A stretch of DNA of 64,000 nucleotides from Chiloscyllium plagiosum (taxonomy: Eukaryota), in assembly GCF_004010195.1 (NCBI RefSeq), contig NC_057748.1:10602428-10666427 (forward strand). The letters are read 5' to 3'. Both the position numbers and the translations under genes were made by a program. Below are positions 23,600 to 38,990 of this stretch, piece by piece. Under the pieces are notes generated by a model. That model was not told the DNA's origin, searched no databases, and was given only the letters and a program-made list of their open reading frames with translations. The stretch's first letter is position 1, and the number at the start of each line of letters is the position of its first letter.

Positions 23600-24070
23600 T
23601 GTTATAGACCAGGCCAGACCCCTTCAAAACATTTCAAGAAAGTAGCTCAGACTCTAACTTTGCCTGTTGCTTTAAGCAGGTGTACAGCGGATATTCCAGG
23701 AGAGATGCAGTTGGTCAAACCACTTAGTTTTAAACAAAACAGATTTGATTTACAAGATTACTGAATGAAACACAAACTAAAGAGAGCAGAATACCAAATA
23801 ACTTAACCGCTCCGAAAACCCAACAGATTATCCCAACTTTACGATGCTGTTCCAAATACTTGCAACGATCCCCATAAACACCCCTTGGCACAAAAGGTAA
23901 AATCGAACATGGATTCTTATAGGAGAGAAGTCAGAGAGAGAGAGAGAGAGAGAGAATACTCCTGGACCTGCTTCTCTGGGACCAGCAGCTTCTTCAACAC
24001 TACTGCTAAAGCCCAAACCAAACCAGAGCAAAGCTGAGCTGGGAGAACTAGCCACTCCCCTTTCATTGTA
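23600..24070 (-). mobile_element. Truncated LTR of the same family
   Basis: tgttatagaccaggccagacccc head and similarity to 20369 and 35299. Confidence 0.65.
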
Positions 24071-24071
24071 C

Positions 24072-24497
24072 AAGTTTGCTCGCTGAGCTGGAAGGTTTGT
24101 TCTCAGATGTTTCATCACCATGCCAGGTTACATCATCACTGAGCCTCTGGTGAGGTGCTGGTATAATGTCCTGAATTCTGTTTATGTGTCCTGGTCTGTT
24201 GTGGTGGGTGATATCATTTCCGGTTCTTTTTCTGAGAGATTGGTAAATCGGATCCAAATCAGTGTGTTTATGATGGAGTTCCGGTTCAAATGTCAGGCCT
24301 GTAGGAATTACCATGTGTGTCTTTGTTTAGCCTGTCCCAGGATGGATGTATACTCCCAGTTGAATTGGCGTTCCTTGTTGTCTCTGTGTGTGGATATTAG
24401 TGATAGTTGGTCACGTCTTTTGGTGGCTGGTTGATGCTCGTGTATCCTGGTCGCTAGTTTCCTGCCTGTCTGTCCAATATAGTGTTTGTTGCACAGT
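24072..24497 (-). mobile_element. Penelope-like element, GIY-YIG endonuclease 3' fragment
   Basis: CNKHYIGQTGRKLATRIHEHQ...ILGQAKQR, followed by a degenerate hammerhead. Confidence 0.85.
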
Positions 24498-24568
24498 CCT
24501 AAGTGTACAAGGAGTACAGTAAGGGGCTGAGTGCTCAGCCTTGCAGGGCATCAGTGTTAAAGAGGTGT

Positions 24569-25071
24569 TCAAAGTTTGTGAGAAGATTTGTAGCTCGGGT
24601 GCTCGTTGCTGTGGTTCTGTTCGCCGAGCTGGAAGTTTTTGTTGCAAACGTATCGTCCCCTGTCTAGGTGACATCCTCAGTGCTTGGGAGCCTCCTGTGA
24701 AGCGCTTCTGTGATGTTTCCTCCGGTGTTTATAGTGGCCTGTCCCTGCCGCTTCCGGTTGTCAGTTTCAGCTGTCCGCTGTAGTGGCCGGTATATAGGGC
24801 AAGCCAAACAAAGAACAGCCAGGGAATTCCTAGAAACATGGCACTCATCCACAAACTCCATCAACAAACACATCGACCTGGATCCAATATACCAGCCACT
24901 ACAGCTGAAACTGACAACCGGAAGCGGCAGGGACAGGCCACTATAAATGCCGGAGGAAACACCACAGAAGCGCTTCACAGGAGGCTCCCAAGCACTGAGG
25001 ATGTCACCTAGACAGGGGACGAAACGTTTGCAACAAAAACTTCCAGCTCGGCAAACAGAACCACAGCAGTT
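24569..25071. mobile_element. Fold-back Penelope derivative (~190-bp inverted arms, each with a hammerhead)
   Basis: Arms about 24607-24796 and 24887-25068; the spacer encodes GQAKQRTAREFLETWHSSTNSINKHIDLDPIY; agaggtgt flanks both sides. Confidence 0.85.
24992..25031 (+). ncRNA. Minimal type-I hammerhead ribozyme motif
   Basis: GCA-CUGAGGA-U-GUC(A)CCU-AGAC-AGG(G)GAC-GAAA-C-GUU-UGC: intact core, stem II, palindromic ACGU stem III and a 3-bp stem I, as described for Penelope elements. Confidence 0.75.
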
Positions 25072-27006
25072 AGAGGTGTATTAGCTCTACCCTTACTGAT
25101 TGCAGTCTGTGGGTCAGGAAGTTGAGTTGCAAAGTCGTAGCTCTAGGAGTTTGGAGATGAGTCATGATGGAATTGTGATGTTGAAGCTGGAACTAAAGTT
25201 AATAAATAGGAGCCAGATATGTGTCCTTGTCATTCGGATGTTCCAGGGATCAGTGTTGAGTCAGGGAGATGGCATCTGGCATAGACCTGTTATGATGGTT
25301 GGCGGATTGTAGCAGATCAGGGAAATCTGGGAGGCTGGAGTTAATGTGTGCCTTTACTAACCTCTCAAAAGTATTATTGTGCATTGGGTTAACGCTAATG
25401 TACTGACCTGGATAGGGAACTGGTTGGCAGACTGGGTGGAGTCAGGCTCTCAAAACCAGTTATTTCAGCTGTTATGGGGAGGGGGAGGGGAGGGAAAGAG
25501 GGGGAATGTGAAAGCTGCAACATCTGTGTTTACTACCCGAATCATGTGAGATATTATATTTGACTGACTTTGTCATGGGTGTATTTGTGGAATGTCACTA
25601 GATTGGAATTAGTGTTTAAAAGTTAGATACTCTATTATTCTGTTAAATGCTCCAATACAATGATTCTCATTTATATTTTAACTGTAGGGTAAGGGTAAAG
25701 CATGCTTTGCTTAAAGAGGGTGGTGGAACCAATCAAATCACATCTGGAACATAGCACCTTACACTTGCTTTTAAATAAGAAACATTAAAGGTGCAGATTG
25801 TCTCCTGGCTATATTTGGAGGAGGCTTGGCCTGCTCCAAATCAATTTAGGCACTCTTGTGAGCATCAACACTTCTAATCCCAGTCAGGTTTAGGATGTTA
25901 GGCTCAAACTGAGTAGTGAGTGAGGGGTGAGTGTGGGTGCAGTATTCAGTTGGTTTAGACAGAGTGCATCTGGTGTAACAAACAGTTCTTTCCTCTACGC
26001 AGGGTTTCCAGTCCCAGAAAATAATCCCAATGAGCCAAGACTCTGAACGTATCAGCACTTCTCCAGCCATTGAAGTAACTCTTTTACCCCCTTCCCTCCA
26101 TGGGAGCTGGCAGTGGGAAGCAAACCAGGAATTACAACCTGAGGGTTTTAAATTTAACCACTCCTAACCTCGTACAGTCACTAAAACCTTGTTTCTTTCC
26201 CCCCCCCGCCCATCATTCATACTAATGTGAGGAATAACCTGCAGCTTCGTTGTCCTTTTATGCTAGTGTCAAATGTTCTAACCTGATCGGTCATCCAGAC
26301 CATCTCCTTAGGAGGTTTTTAAAGCCCACACATTGCAAGAGGGGTCACAAATTGCCTGATACCACAGTGAAAGTGAATTCAACAGTAGAACATGCTCAAT
26401 TTAGGGTAGTGGTAAGAGTAATACACACTATTCAGCAGTTAAGAAGTCTGTTTCAAACTGTTTGGGACTTGCTCCCAGTGAGCTGGGTGAGATAAGTCAG
26501 GTATCAAATGTAGGATTGGAATGTAGTTACAGACCAGGAACAGATGGTATCTTTCTGCCTTTTACCAAAAAGCATTCCTCAGATAACAGTCAGATGCTGA
26601 GCAGAGGCCAAACAATGCTAATTGTGTCTGTGCACTATAGTCTTATGTTAAGTCTTTTGGATCTTTCCTTGGTTACTATGATCTGCTTGTACAGCAGCAA
26701 GCTTTTCACTATCTCAGTACACAACAGTAAATCAAAGTGAAGCCCCTTTTCATGGGATGTAAGTTGTAATTTAATTCCCCCTACACACCTTTCAGGGGAT
26801 TTCACTATCAAGACTGCAGTACCATAAACCTTATTCCCATCAAGTCAGCACTTTCTAAAAAGGCATAACAACTTGTTCACCCTCAATCAAAAGAGAATCC
26901 AGTGTGATCACTCAGATAAGTCACTGAATCATTTGACCAAGTCAAGCTTGAGGTTTAAGTAACCAGGTGATCAAAATAGCAAGTATAGGCAAGATCAACA
27001 GATTTC

Positions 27007-27012
27007 TTTATT
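27007..27012 (-). terminator. Polyadenylation signal, copy D
   Basis: AATAAA about 100 nt after the stop. Confidence 0.75.
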
Positions 27013-27111
27013 GTCAAGTGATCCAACACAGCTATTTCTTTGTTACTCATTTCTAAATTCAGGAGCAGCTTTGGAATGAAGCAGGTAAAGAGATTGCTGT
27101 CAAAGGCCCCA

Positions 27112-31190
<4,079 letters not shown>

Positions 31191-31287
31191 CTTATCAATG
31201 GGGACTTCACCAGCAAACCACAATAACTAGCATACACTAAAGCTTAACACCAACTATATGCAATCCCCCACTGCCCTCAAATTTGAA

Positions 31288-31466
31288 TTTATACCCCTGG
31301 TATTAAGCACAAATTCAAAGACATCATCAGTGATGGCCAATTACCCTTGTTCATTAATCAATTAGCTGCCATGTCCAATCAGATTCCAAGCAGCACGGGA
31401 TGAGTTTTGAACCCAGCAACCAATCACCAACTCCTTGATGAGGAATGGCCAATTGACCTTTGATCT
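31288..31466 (-). promoter_or_regulatory. Copy D promoter module
   Basis: TATAAA 31288-31293, CCAAT boxes, tgacctttgatct 31454-31466. Confidence 0.72.
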
Positions 31467-31484
31467 CCTTCTCATGTGCAAACT

Positions 31485-31994
31485 TCTCCTCTGTTTCTGG
31501 TTGCACTTTAGCCCCATGCTCCTGATCTTTGGGCACCTGGTGTGGAGGAGGAGGGTAGGTCAGAGGATCTCCTCGTGGGTCTGCTCCTGGGCCTGGCCAA
31601 ACTTGCCATAAACAGGTCCAGGCAGTGGGCCATGGAGGGAGTCATTACGGCTGATTGCCTGCCCATCTTTCGCGGGTATGTCAGAGCCCGGGTGTCCCTG
31701 GAGAAGGAGCACGTGGTGTCTACCAACACCCTCGAGAATTTAAGGGAGAGGTGGTGCACCACAGGGAGTGGAGTGCTTTACTACCCCCTCCAACTCTATT
31801 TTGATTAAATCCCTGCCCACCCCTTCACTTTTTTTGATCACACAGCATTGCCCTTTGATGTGAGGGGTGCACCTTGTCACTGGCCACTCGGGTGTTTCTT
31901 TTCTTCCTGGTGGTGGAAACTGAATAAAGATTTGTGCACCTTGTGTCTCTCACTGTGTCTCACACCTGCACACACACAACAAACAAAAATAAAA
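31485..31994 (+). mobile_element. Tx1/L1-clade LINE 3' end inserted directly upstream of the copy D promoter
   Basis: ORF2 C-terminus LLVGLLLGLAKLAINRSR...FRGYVRARVSLE, AATAAA, A-rich tail, 13-bp TSD tca(t/a)gtgcaaact at 31472-31484 and 31995-32007. Confidence 0.85.
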
Positions 31995-32973
31995 TCAAGT
32001 GCAAACTGTGGAAATGTCTGAACTGAAAATGACAGTAAAATATACTCTAAGACAAAATATATTCTACATCAAGCCCAGCATAGAGGTGATCGAGCTCTCG
32101 TGGGGAGTGTGAGCCCAGCACAGCTAAACACTTAAGAAGGACTGTAATGTTGAACTTTTAACTTTATTTCTTTATTTTTCTGCATTGTACCTAAGAACAT
32201 TTGTAGCTAAGATGTTGCTGGGAATGGTGACATTGTACTCCTGTATTCCTGTACTGGAATACACGTGACAATAATCATAAAATCCCTACAGTGTGGAAAC
32301 AGGCCATTCAGCCCAACAAGTCTACACTGACCCTCCAAAGAGCACCCCACCCAGACTCATCTCCCCGCCCTATCCCTGTAACCCTGCATATCCCATGGCT
32401 AAACCACCAAGCTTGCACAATCCTGAACACGACAGGGGTAATTTAACATCGCCAATCCACCTAAACTGCACATATTTGGAGAGAAGGAAAGATGGTTACA
32501 CTGGGATTGGCAAATCCCTTTGAGATTCAGATTTCCAAAACCTTTCCCCATTTAGAAAATAATCTATGCTGTTATTCTTCCTACCAAAGTGCATAACCTC
32601 ACATGTTCCCACACTGTATTCCGTCTATCTCTATTTTTCCACTCTCCCAGACTGTCCAAGTCCTTCTGCATTCTGGATTAGTGGTGCGAGAAGCGCAGCA
32701 TGCTGCCTGAACTGCTGTGCTCTTCCAGCACCCACTAATCCAGAATCTGGTTTCCAGCATCTGCAGTCATTGTTTTTACCAAGTCCTTCTGCAGCCTCCC
32801 CACTTCCTCAACTCTACCCATTCCTCCACTAACTTTATGACATGTTCAAATTTAGGAACAATGTCCTCAGTTCCTTCATCCAGATCGTTAATGTATAACA
32901 TGAACTATTGTAGTTGCCACACTAACCCCTGCAGAACTCCACTAATGCTATCCTGAAAAAAAGCCTTTTATCC

Positions 32974-34151
32974 TGTGACGATACGATGGCTTTTGGAAGT
33001 GTATTCTGTTCTCTTCTTTTTAAAGCAGCCATTTTCAGCTGAGCTGCCTCTTCCAAGCCAATAAAGTAAACAGCTTGTGAGGCTTCAGGTTTTTTTCAAA
33101 GCTGTAACAATAGAAGCAGTCTGACTGGGTGGAGTCAGATTCCTACAGAACCAGGGCTTTAGTTTAGCTTTCAGCAGTTGTTGGGGGTTTTGAAGTTGGA
33201 CATGGAAGCTGTTACAGCGAAAGACTTGGGTTCTCTCTCTGCTGCTAAAATCACATCTGAGACAATCTATTTGATTGCCTGTTCCCTCTCTCACTGCCTC
33301 GCAATGCCTGTTCCCTCCCTGACTACCTTGTGCTGCCTGTTCCCTGTCTCACTGTCTCCTGATGCCTGTTCCCTGTCTGACCACCTTGTGCTGCCTGTTC
33401 CCTGTCTCACTGCCTTGTGCTGCCTGTTCCCTCCCTGACCACCTTGTGCTGCCTGTTCCCTGCCTCACTGCCTCGCGATGCCTGTTCCCTGCCTAACCAC
33501 CCTGTGCTGCCTGTTCCCTGCCTCAGTGCCTCGTGATGCCTGTTCCCTATCTGACCACCTTGAGCTGCCAGTGCCCTCTCTCTGTGTTGCAACTCCACTG
33601 ACATCCAGTGTCTTAGTAAAGTGTTTTGCTTAAAGATAAGTAGGGTAAGCATTCGAATTACATCTGGAACACAGCATCTTACACTTAGAGTCATAGAGAT
33701 GTACAGCACAGATACAGACCCTTCGGTCCAACTCTTCCATGCCGATCAGATATCCCAACCTAATCTAGTCCCATTTGCCAGCACTTGGCCCATATCTTTC
33801 TAAACCCTTCCTATTCATATACCCATCCAGATGTCTTCTAACCGGTTGATGAAGCAGCTGAAGGTAGTTGCGCCAAAGGCTCTACCCTGAGAAACTTCTC
33901 CAGAGATCACCTGGAGCTGAGGTGTCGGACCTCCAACAACCACTAACACCTTATTTTGTGTCATGTGTGACTCGAACATGTCGAGAGTTTTACCCCTGAT
34001 TCCCTTTGACTCCAGTTTTGTTCGGGCTCCATACTTGGTCAAATGTGATTGACTGCACAATCTTTATAAGCTTGCCTTTAAATTAGATAAAAGTGAAGGT
34101 CTAGGCTATCTCCTAGATATATTTGAAGGGGATTTTGTCTGGTCTGTAACA
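32974..34151 (+). mobile_element. Solo LTR carrying a minisatellite and nested LINE fragments
   Basis: TGTGAC...ctggtctgtAACA termini; reverse-complement similarity to the 35299 LTR. Confidence 0.6.
33276..33569. repeat. 29-bp minisatellite, 10 units, alternating two variants (58-bp dimer)
   Basis: tgcctgttccct recurs every 29 nt, followed alternately by ctcactgcc-type and ctgaccacc-type halves. Confidence 0.92.
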
Positions 34152-34644
34152 ACCCCTACTGCCTGCGTTCAGTCAGCCAATCCTCCATCCAGTACCTTGC
34201 CCCTAACACAACGGGCTCTTATCTTTTTTAGCAACCTCCTGTGCAGCACCTTGACAAAGACCTTCTGGAAATCCAAGGCGATTGCATCCACTCTTTCCAG
34301 TTTGCTCATTACCTCTGCAAAGAATTCAAACAGATTTATCAGGCATGACCTTCCCTTGATGAAGCCCCATCCTGACTCAGCCCTACTTTGATCACACAGT
34401 TTGAGGAACTCTGCAATCTCATCCTTAATAATGGACTCCAAATTCTTGCCAATGACAGAGATCAGGCTAAGTGTCTATAATTTCCGTCTTCTGCTTCCTT
34501 CCTTTCTTAAACAGAAGTGTAACATGCACCAGTTTCCACTCTTCCAGAACCTCGCCAGATTCCAGCGATTCCTGAAAAATCACCAGCAATGCATTTACAA
34601 TCTCCTCAGCCGTCTCTTTCAGAACGCTGAGGTGTAGTCCACTT

Positions 34645-34835
34645 GGGGGAAACTGCAGGTGCTGGAGATCAGAGTCGAAGAGTGTGGTGCTGGAAAAGCA
34701 CAGCCACAGTCAGGCAGCATCCGAGGAGCAGGAGATTCGACATGATGAAGGGCTTATGCCTGAATCGTCGACTTTCCTGCTCCTCAGATGCTGCCTGACT
34801 GGCTGTGCTTTGCCAGCACCACACTCTTCGACATG
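34645..34835. mobile_element. Palindromic Penelope-derived mini-element
   Basis: Inverted arms around a degenerate hammerhead (tgatgaagggcttatgcctgaatcgtcg); TSD tgtagtccac(t/c)tgg. Confidence 0.75.
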
Positions 34836-35298
34836 TGTAGTCCACCTGGTCCAGGTGATTTATCCACCTTCAGACCTTTCAGCCTCCCCAGTAGATTCAC
34901 CTTAGTGATGGTGCCTTCCACTGTGAAAACTGATGCAAAGTACCTGTTCAGTTCCTCCACCTTCTTTGTTCCCTTCCCCTACTTTCCCAGCTTCATTTTC
35001 CAGCTGTCCAATGTCCACTCTTCCCTCTGTCTTACCTTGTAGATATGTAAAAATACTCTTGCAATCCTGTTTTATATCACTAGTTAGCTTACCCTCACCT
35101 TCATCTTCCAGCCACTCTTACTTTTCTAGTTACCCTCTGCTGGTTTTCCCAATCCTCTGGCTTCCCGCTAATCCTCACCACATTGTATGCTTTTTCTTTC
35201 GCTTGTTCGCTGTCTCTGACTTTCCTTGTCATCCATGTTTGCCTCATCCTCCCTTAATATATTTCTTCTTCTTTGAGGTGACTTTCTGCTTTGCCTCC

Positions 35299-36742
35299 TG
35301 TTATGGACTAGGCTAGACCCCTCAAAACAATCTTAAACAGGCAGCCCCAGACTGTAACTTTGCAATTTGTTTCAGTAACTCCACGGTGAAAATTACGCGG
35401 AGTAAGTTAACTAGGTTGACTACCAGGTTTTAAAACAGACAAAAAATTTATTCACACAATTATGGAATTAAACACAAAGAACAGAATAAAGAACCCCTAC
35501 AGAACTCCGACAATCCTAAACTAACTTCATTATGCTGTTCCAAATATGCACAACAGTCCCAATAAACAAGCCTCCTTAACAACAGAGTAACAATGATACT
35601 GTTGTGGAAATTAATTTGACTCGACTCAAATGCTAGCAAGAGCAAAGAAAAAGTTTATTTTTAACCTCTGCAGGGGACCCAATACATCGGCAAGATGCCT
35701 CATGTAAGAGGCTCCTGACAGCTTTCACATATTCCCTTCATACTACAGCGCTCTTCTCCTTATCAAACCTCAAGGCCAGGGACCTGGAACATTTGAGTTC
35801 CTTTCCATATATGGTGTTGTTTTTCTCATTCCTTGACTATTGATATGGTAGTTTACTGGCCTTGTATGTCCGCAGTCAGGCCGGTTTAACTTTACATTTT
35901 TTCTGTCTGTCTGCAATAATTTGTAAAGTCAGGCCCTTACTTCTTTGTTTTCCTATGCTTTTATAGGTTAATAATAAATGTTAATTTTCCATTACAGAAA
36001 CAAAGGCTTACAGGTCGAAGTTAGAAGGGCAGAAGGAGAGAGAGTTTAGCAACTTGTTTCCTCACAACCCACAGCTAAACTGACTCAATCTTAACTTCTG
36101 AACTGAACTGGCTCAGCTAGAGAGCTGGCCACGCCCCCTTGACTTATACAGGTTACCTTTAAAAACATAAAAGATTTGGCCTCATTGTATAAAACAAAAG
36201 GCCTTTCATCTCTGTACCACACCAGTCAGTTTGGAGCCTCAGCAGTTTATGACCCCTCTGAAAAAAAGTAAAGGATGCAGTATCCTTGAGAAAAAAGGGA
36301 CTAGCTTTGTGACACCTCCGCCCTCAAAAAAAATCAACCATCAATATCAAAAGATGGCTTCACTTTCAAAATCCTTCAAAAAAACTGATTAATAGTCTAA
36401 AACACACATACGCACCACACTAACTACACACATGGAAACATCCACAATCACATGCGAATTCAGGCTGTGGCACACCCCTCATCGAACGCCTCCTTATCTC
36501 ATTCCGGTCTCGATGACGCATCGGTAATCACATTTTCACATAATCACCTGCCACCTGCACAATTGTCACATTGAATGGCTGTAACAACAAGCTCGATCTA
36601 AACAGGCTGCATTTTTGTCCTTACATTTCTCTACAAACGTCAGTGGGTTGTGATCAGTGTATACGACTGTCTCAGATGCATTGCTGGTAATATAAACTCG
36701 GAAATGTTGGAATGCCAACACCAAGCTCAAAGTCTCTTTCTC
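35299..36742 (-). mobile_element. Gypsy (Gmr1-like) retrotransposon 3' end: RNase H, polypurine tract, 3' LTR (35299-36313)
   Basis: EKETLSLVLAFQHF.VY...VYTDHNPLTF...SLLLQPF...NVITDASSR, then GAGGGCGGAGG directly before TGTCACAAAG. Confidence 0.85.
35600..35996 (-). mobile_element. Unrelated solo LTR nested in the Gypsy LTR
   Basis: TGttgtggaaatt...aattttccattaCA termini, gatac/gaaac 5-bp flanks, AATAAA on the minus strand. Confidence 0.55.
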
Positions 36743-37925
36743 NNNNNNNNNNNNNNNNNNNNNNNNNNNNNNNNNNNNNNNNNNNNNNNNNNNNNNNNNN
36801 NNNNNNNNNNNNNNNNNNNNNNNNNNNNNNNNNNNNNNNNNNNNNNNNNNNNNNNNNNNNNNNNNNNNNNNNNNNNNNNNNNNNNNNNNNNNNNNNNNNN
36901 NNNNNNNNNNNNNNNNNNNNNNNNNNNNNNNNNNNNNNNNNNNNNNNNNNNNNNNNNNNNNNNNNNNNNNNNNNNNNNNNNNNNNNNNNNNNNNNNNNNN
37001 NNNNNNNNNNNNNNNNNNNNNNNNNNNNNNNNNNNNNNNNNNNNNNNNNNNNNNNNNNNNNNNNNNNNNNNNNNNNNNNNNNNNNNNNNNNNNNNNNNNN
37101 NNNNNNNNNNNNNNNNNNNNNNNNNNNNNNNNNNNNNNNNNNNNNNNNNNNNNNNNNNNNNNNNNNNNNNNNNNNNNNNNNNNNNNNNNNNNNNNNNNNN
37201 NNNNNNNNNNNNNNNNNNNNNNNNNNNNNNNNNNNNNNNNNNNNNNNNNNNNNNNNNNNNNNNNNNNNNNNNNNNNNNNNNNNNNNNNNNNNNNNNNNNN
37301 NNNNNNNNNNNNNNNNNNNNNNNNNNNNNNNNNNNNNNNNNNNNNNNNNNNNNNNNNNNNNNNNNNNNNNNNNNNNNNNNNNNNNNNNNNNNNNNNNNNN
37401 NNNNNNNNNNNNNNNNNNNNNNNNNNNNNNNNNNNNNNNNNNNNNNNNNNNNNNNNNNNNNNNNNNNNNNNNNNNNNNNNNNNNNNNNNNNNNNNNNNNN
37501 NNNNNNNNNNNNNNNNNNNNNNNNNNNNNNNNNNNNNNNNNNNNNNNNNNNNNNNNNNNNNNNNNNNNNNNNNNNNNNNNNNNNNNNNNNNNNNNNNGTC
37601 AAGCTTATCATAACATCTGCTCTCAGCTGACCAAATGCAGTTCTAGTGTTTTTTTTAATATCCAGAACTGCTACCATACACAACTGAACAGTTTTACCCA
37701 ACATCAAATCACCTGAGGCAATTGTCATCTCTTAACTACCAGCAATAAATCACTGGAGTTTCTGGTTGATCAATTTATGTACACAGCCCGTTAAGGACAA
37801 GATTCTGATGAATATTTCATAAGCGTTTATAGACACTTACTGAGTTTGCATTTGGAGTGTGAAGATTGTCACAGATGAATGAACAATGACATTATCATTG
37901 AGTTGCCATCGAAGGAGACCTTTAA

Positions 37926-38792
37926 TTTTATTTTTGACACTTAAATACAATTTATTTTATTTGATCAGTTTAAAAACAATATCCTTTTCAATAGGTTAGA
38001 AGACAAAAAAAAACTGTGCAAAACACAGACACACATCAATTACAAATGGCAATACAAAATTAGATATTTTCTCTCTGGTCCCTACAAGCACTTTATACCA
38101 CAACAGTTGATCACTCAAATCAAACCAAAATCCAGTGTCATTACCATCACCAAATATATCTTTTTGTTCAAAAAACGAGAGAGGGGGCATGGAGAAAGGC
38201 ACTTGTTACTGTTCGGAATCTAATTACTTAAGAGTATCTGGTCAGCTCAAATACTTTATTGTAATTTGCTCTTTATCTTGAATTGCAACAAAAAAAAATT
38301 CAATCAAATGATGAGGGAAAAATACAGTAAAGGCAGTTAGAATAGCATTTTGTAAGGTATAAAGTAGGTTATTCCATAAAGACCTATCAAAATAAAAATG
38401 CTGCACAAATACTTAGCGAGTCAATCAGCAGCTGAAAATTCAGGCACCAACAGACCCGCTGTCCATTTCCAGCTTGTGTTTGTAAATTTCTGTTTTTAAA
38501 AAAATTTGGATTACAAAATATTGTTTTCTACCATTCGGTGTCCCTGTATTTGGTTGGTTGCACTGCATGTTGTCCATAGTAACCACGCTTTGAATGGTCA
38601 GCTAATTGTCTTCGATACTGCTCATCCTCATTCTCATCCTCATCACTGTAAATGGCTCCACTGGGATCATGGTAGGTATGTGATGGGGGCTTCTGTGGTT
38701 CAGGAGACCTTTGGAATTGGGGCTGTTCAGCTTTAGGTGGTTTTACAGGGACTGCATAAATATCCGCATATCTCTGCGCTATTTCCAGTCTG
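37926..38792 (-). pseudogene. TJP2: 5'-truncated processed pseudogene of tight junction protein ZO-2 (C-terminal 87 codons 38528-38791, 3' UTR, poly-A remnant)
   Basis: Minus frame [87 protein letters not shown] matches the recalled vertebrate ZO-2 C-terminus (EIAQKHPDIYAVPIK...PEPQK...[16 protein letters not shown]...YRDTEL). AATAAA near 37951-37961, A-tail 37926-37935 and 14-bp direct repeats on both sides. Confidence 0.88.
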
Positions 38793-38806
38793 AAGGAGAC
38801 CTTTAA

Positions 38807-38990
38807 TTTTTTTTTCTTCTTTTTTTTCTTTATTTTTTTTTCTTGTAGTGCTTATTTTATCCCCAGCACCCATGGTGTGTGTGCAGGTGGGAGACACAGT
38901 GGAAGACACAAAGTGCACGAATCTTTATTCAATTTCCACCACCAGGAAGATAGGAAAACACCCAGGTGGCCAGTGACAAGTACTGCCCTT
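38807..38990 (-). mobile_element. Tx1-clade LINE 3' UTR fragment with poly-A tail
   Basis: Reverse-complement match to 31860-31980 (cttgtcactggccac...cctggtggtggaaa..gaataaagat); flanked by 14-bp direct repeats. Confidence 0.85.

Larger units (their letters stand above)
32530..35298 (-). mobile_element. Old CR1 LINE body interrupted by an LTR, Penelope derivatives and other LINE pieces
   Basis: GFIKGRSCLINLFEFF...LDFQKVFVKV.H.RLLKKIRA reverse transcriptase residues at 34169-34441. Confidence 0.75.

Noticed and set aside
31207-31233. 8-codon upstream ORF in the copy D 5' UTR as a regulatory element
   Set aside because: Weak initiation context and not conserved in the other copies.
33276-33569. 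CRISPR-like array
   Set aside because: The variable parts are related to each other and alternate; the context is eukaryotic with no cas genes, so it is a minisatellite.
37842-37925. Repeated ttaaag|gtctcctt as splice acceptors of a hidden gene
   Set aside because: Each occurrence lacks a pyrimidine tract and two follow poly-A tails; target-site duplication explains them better.
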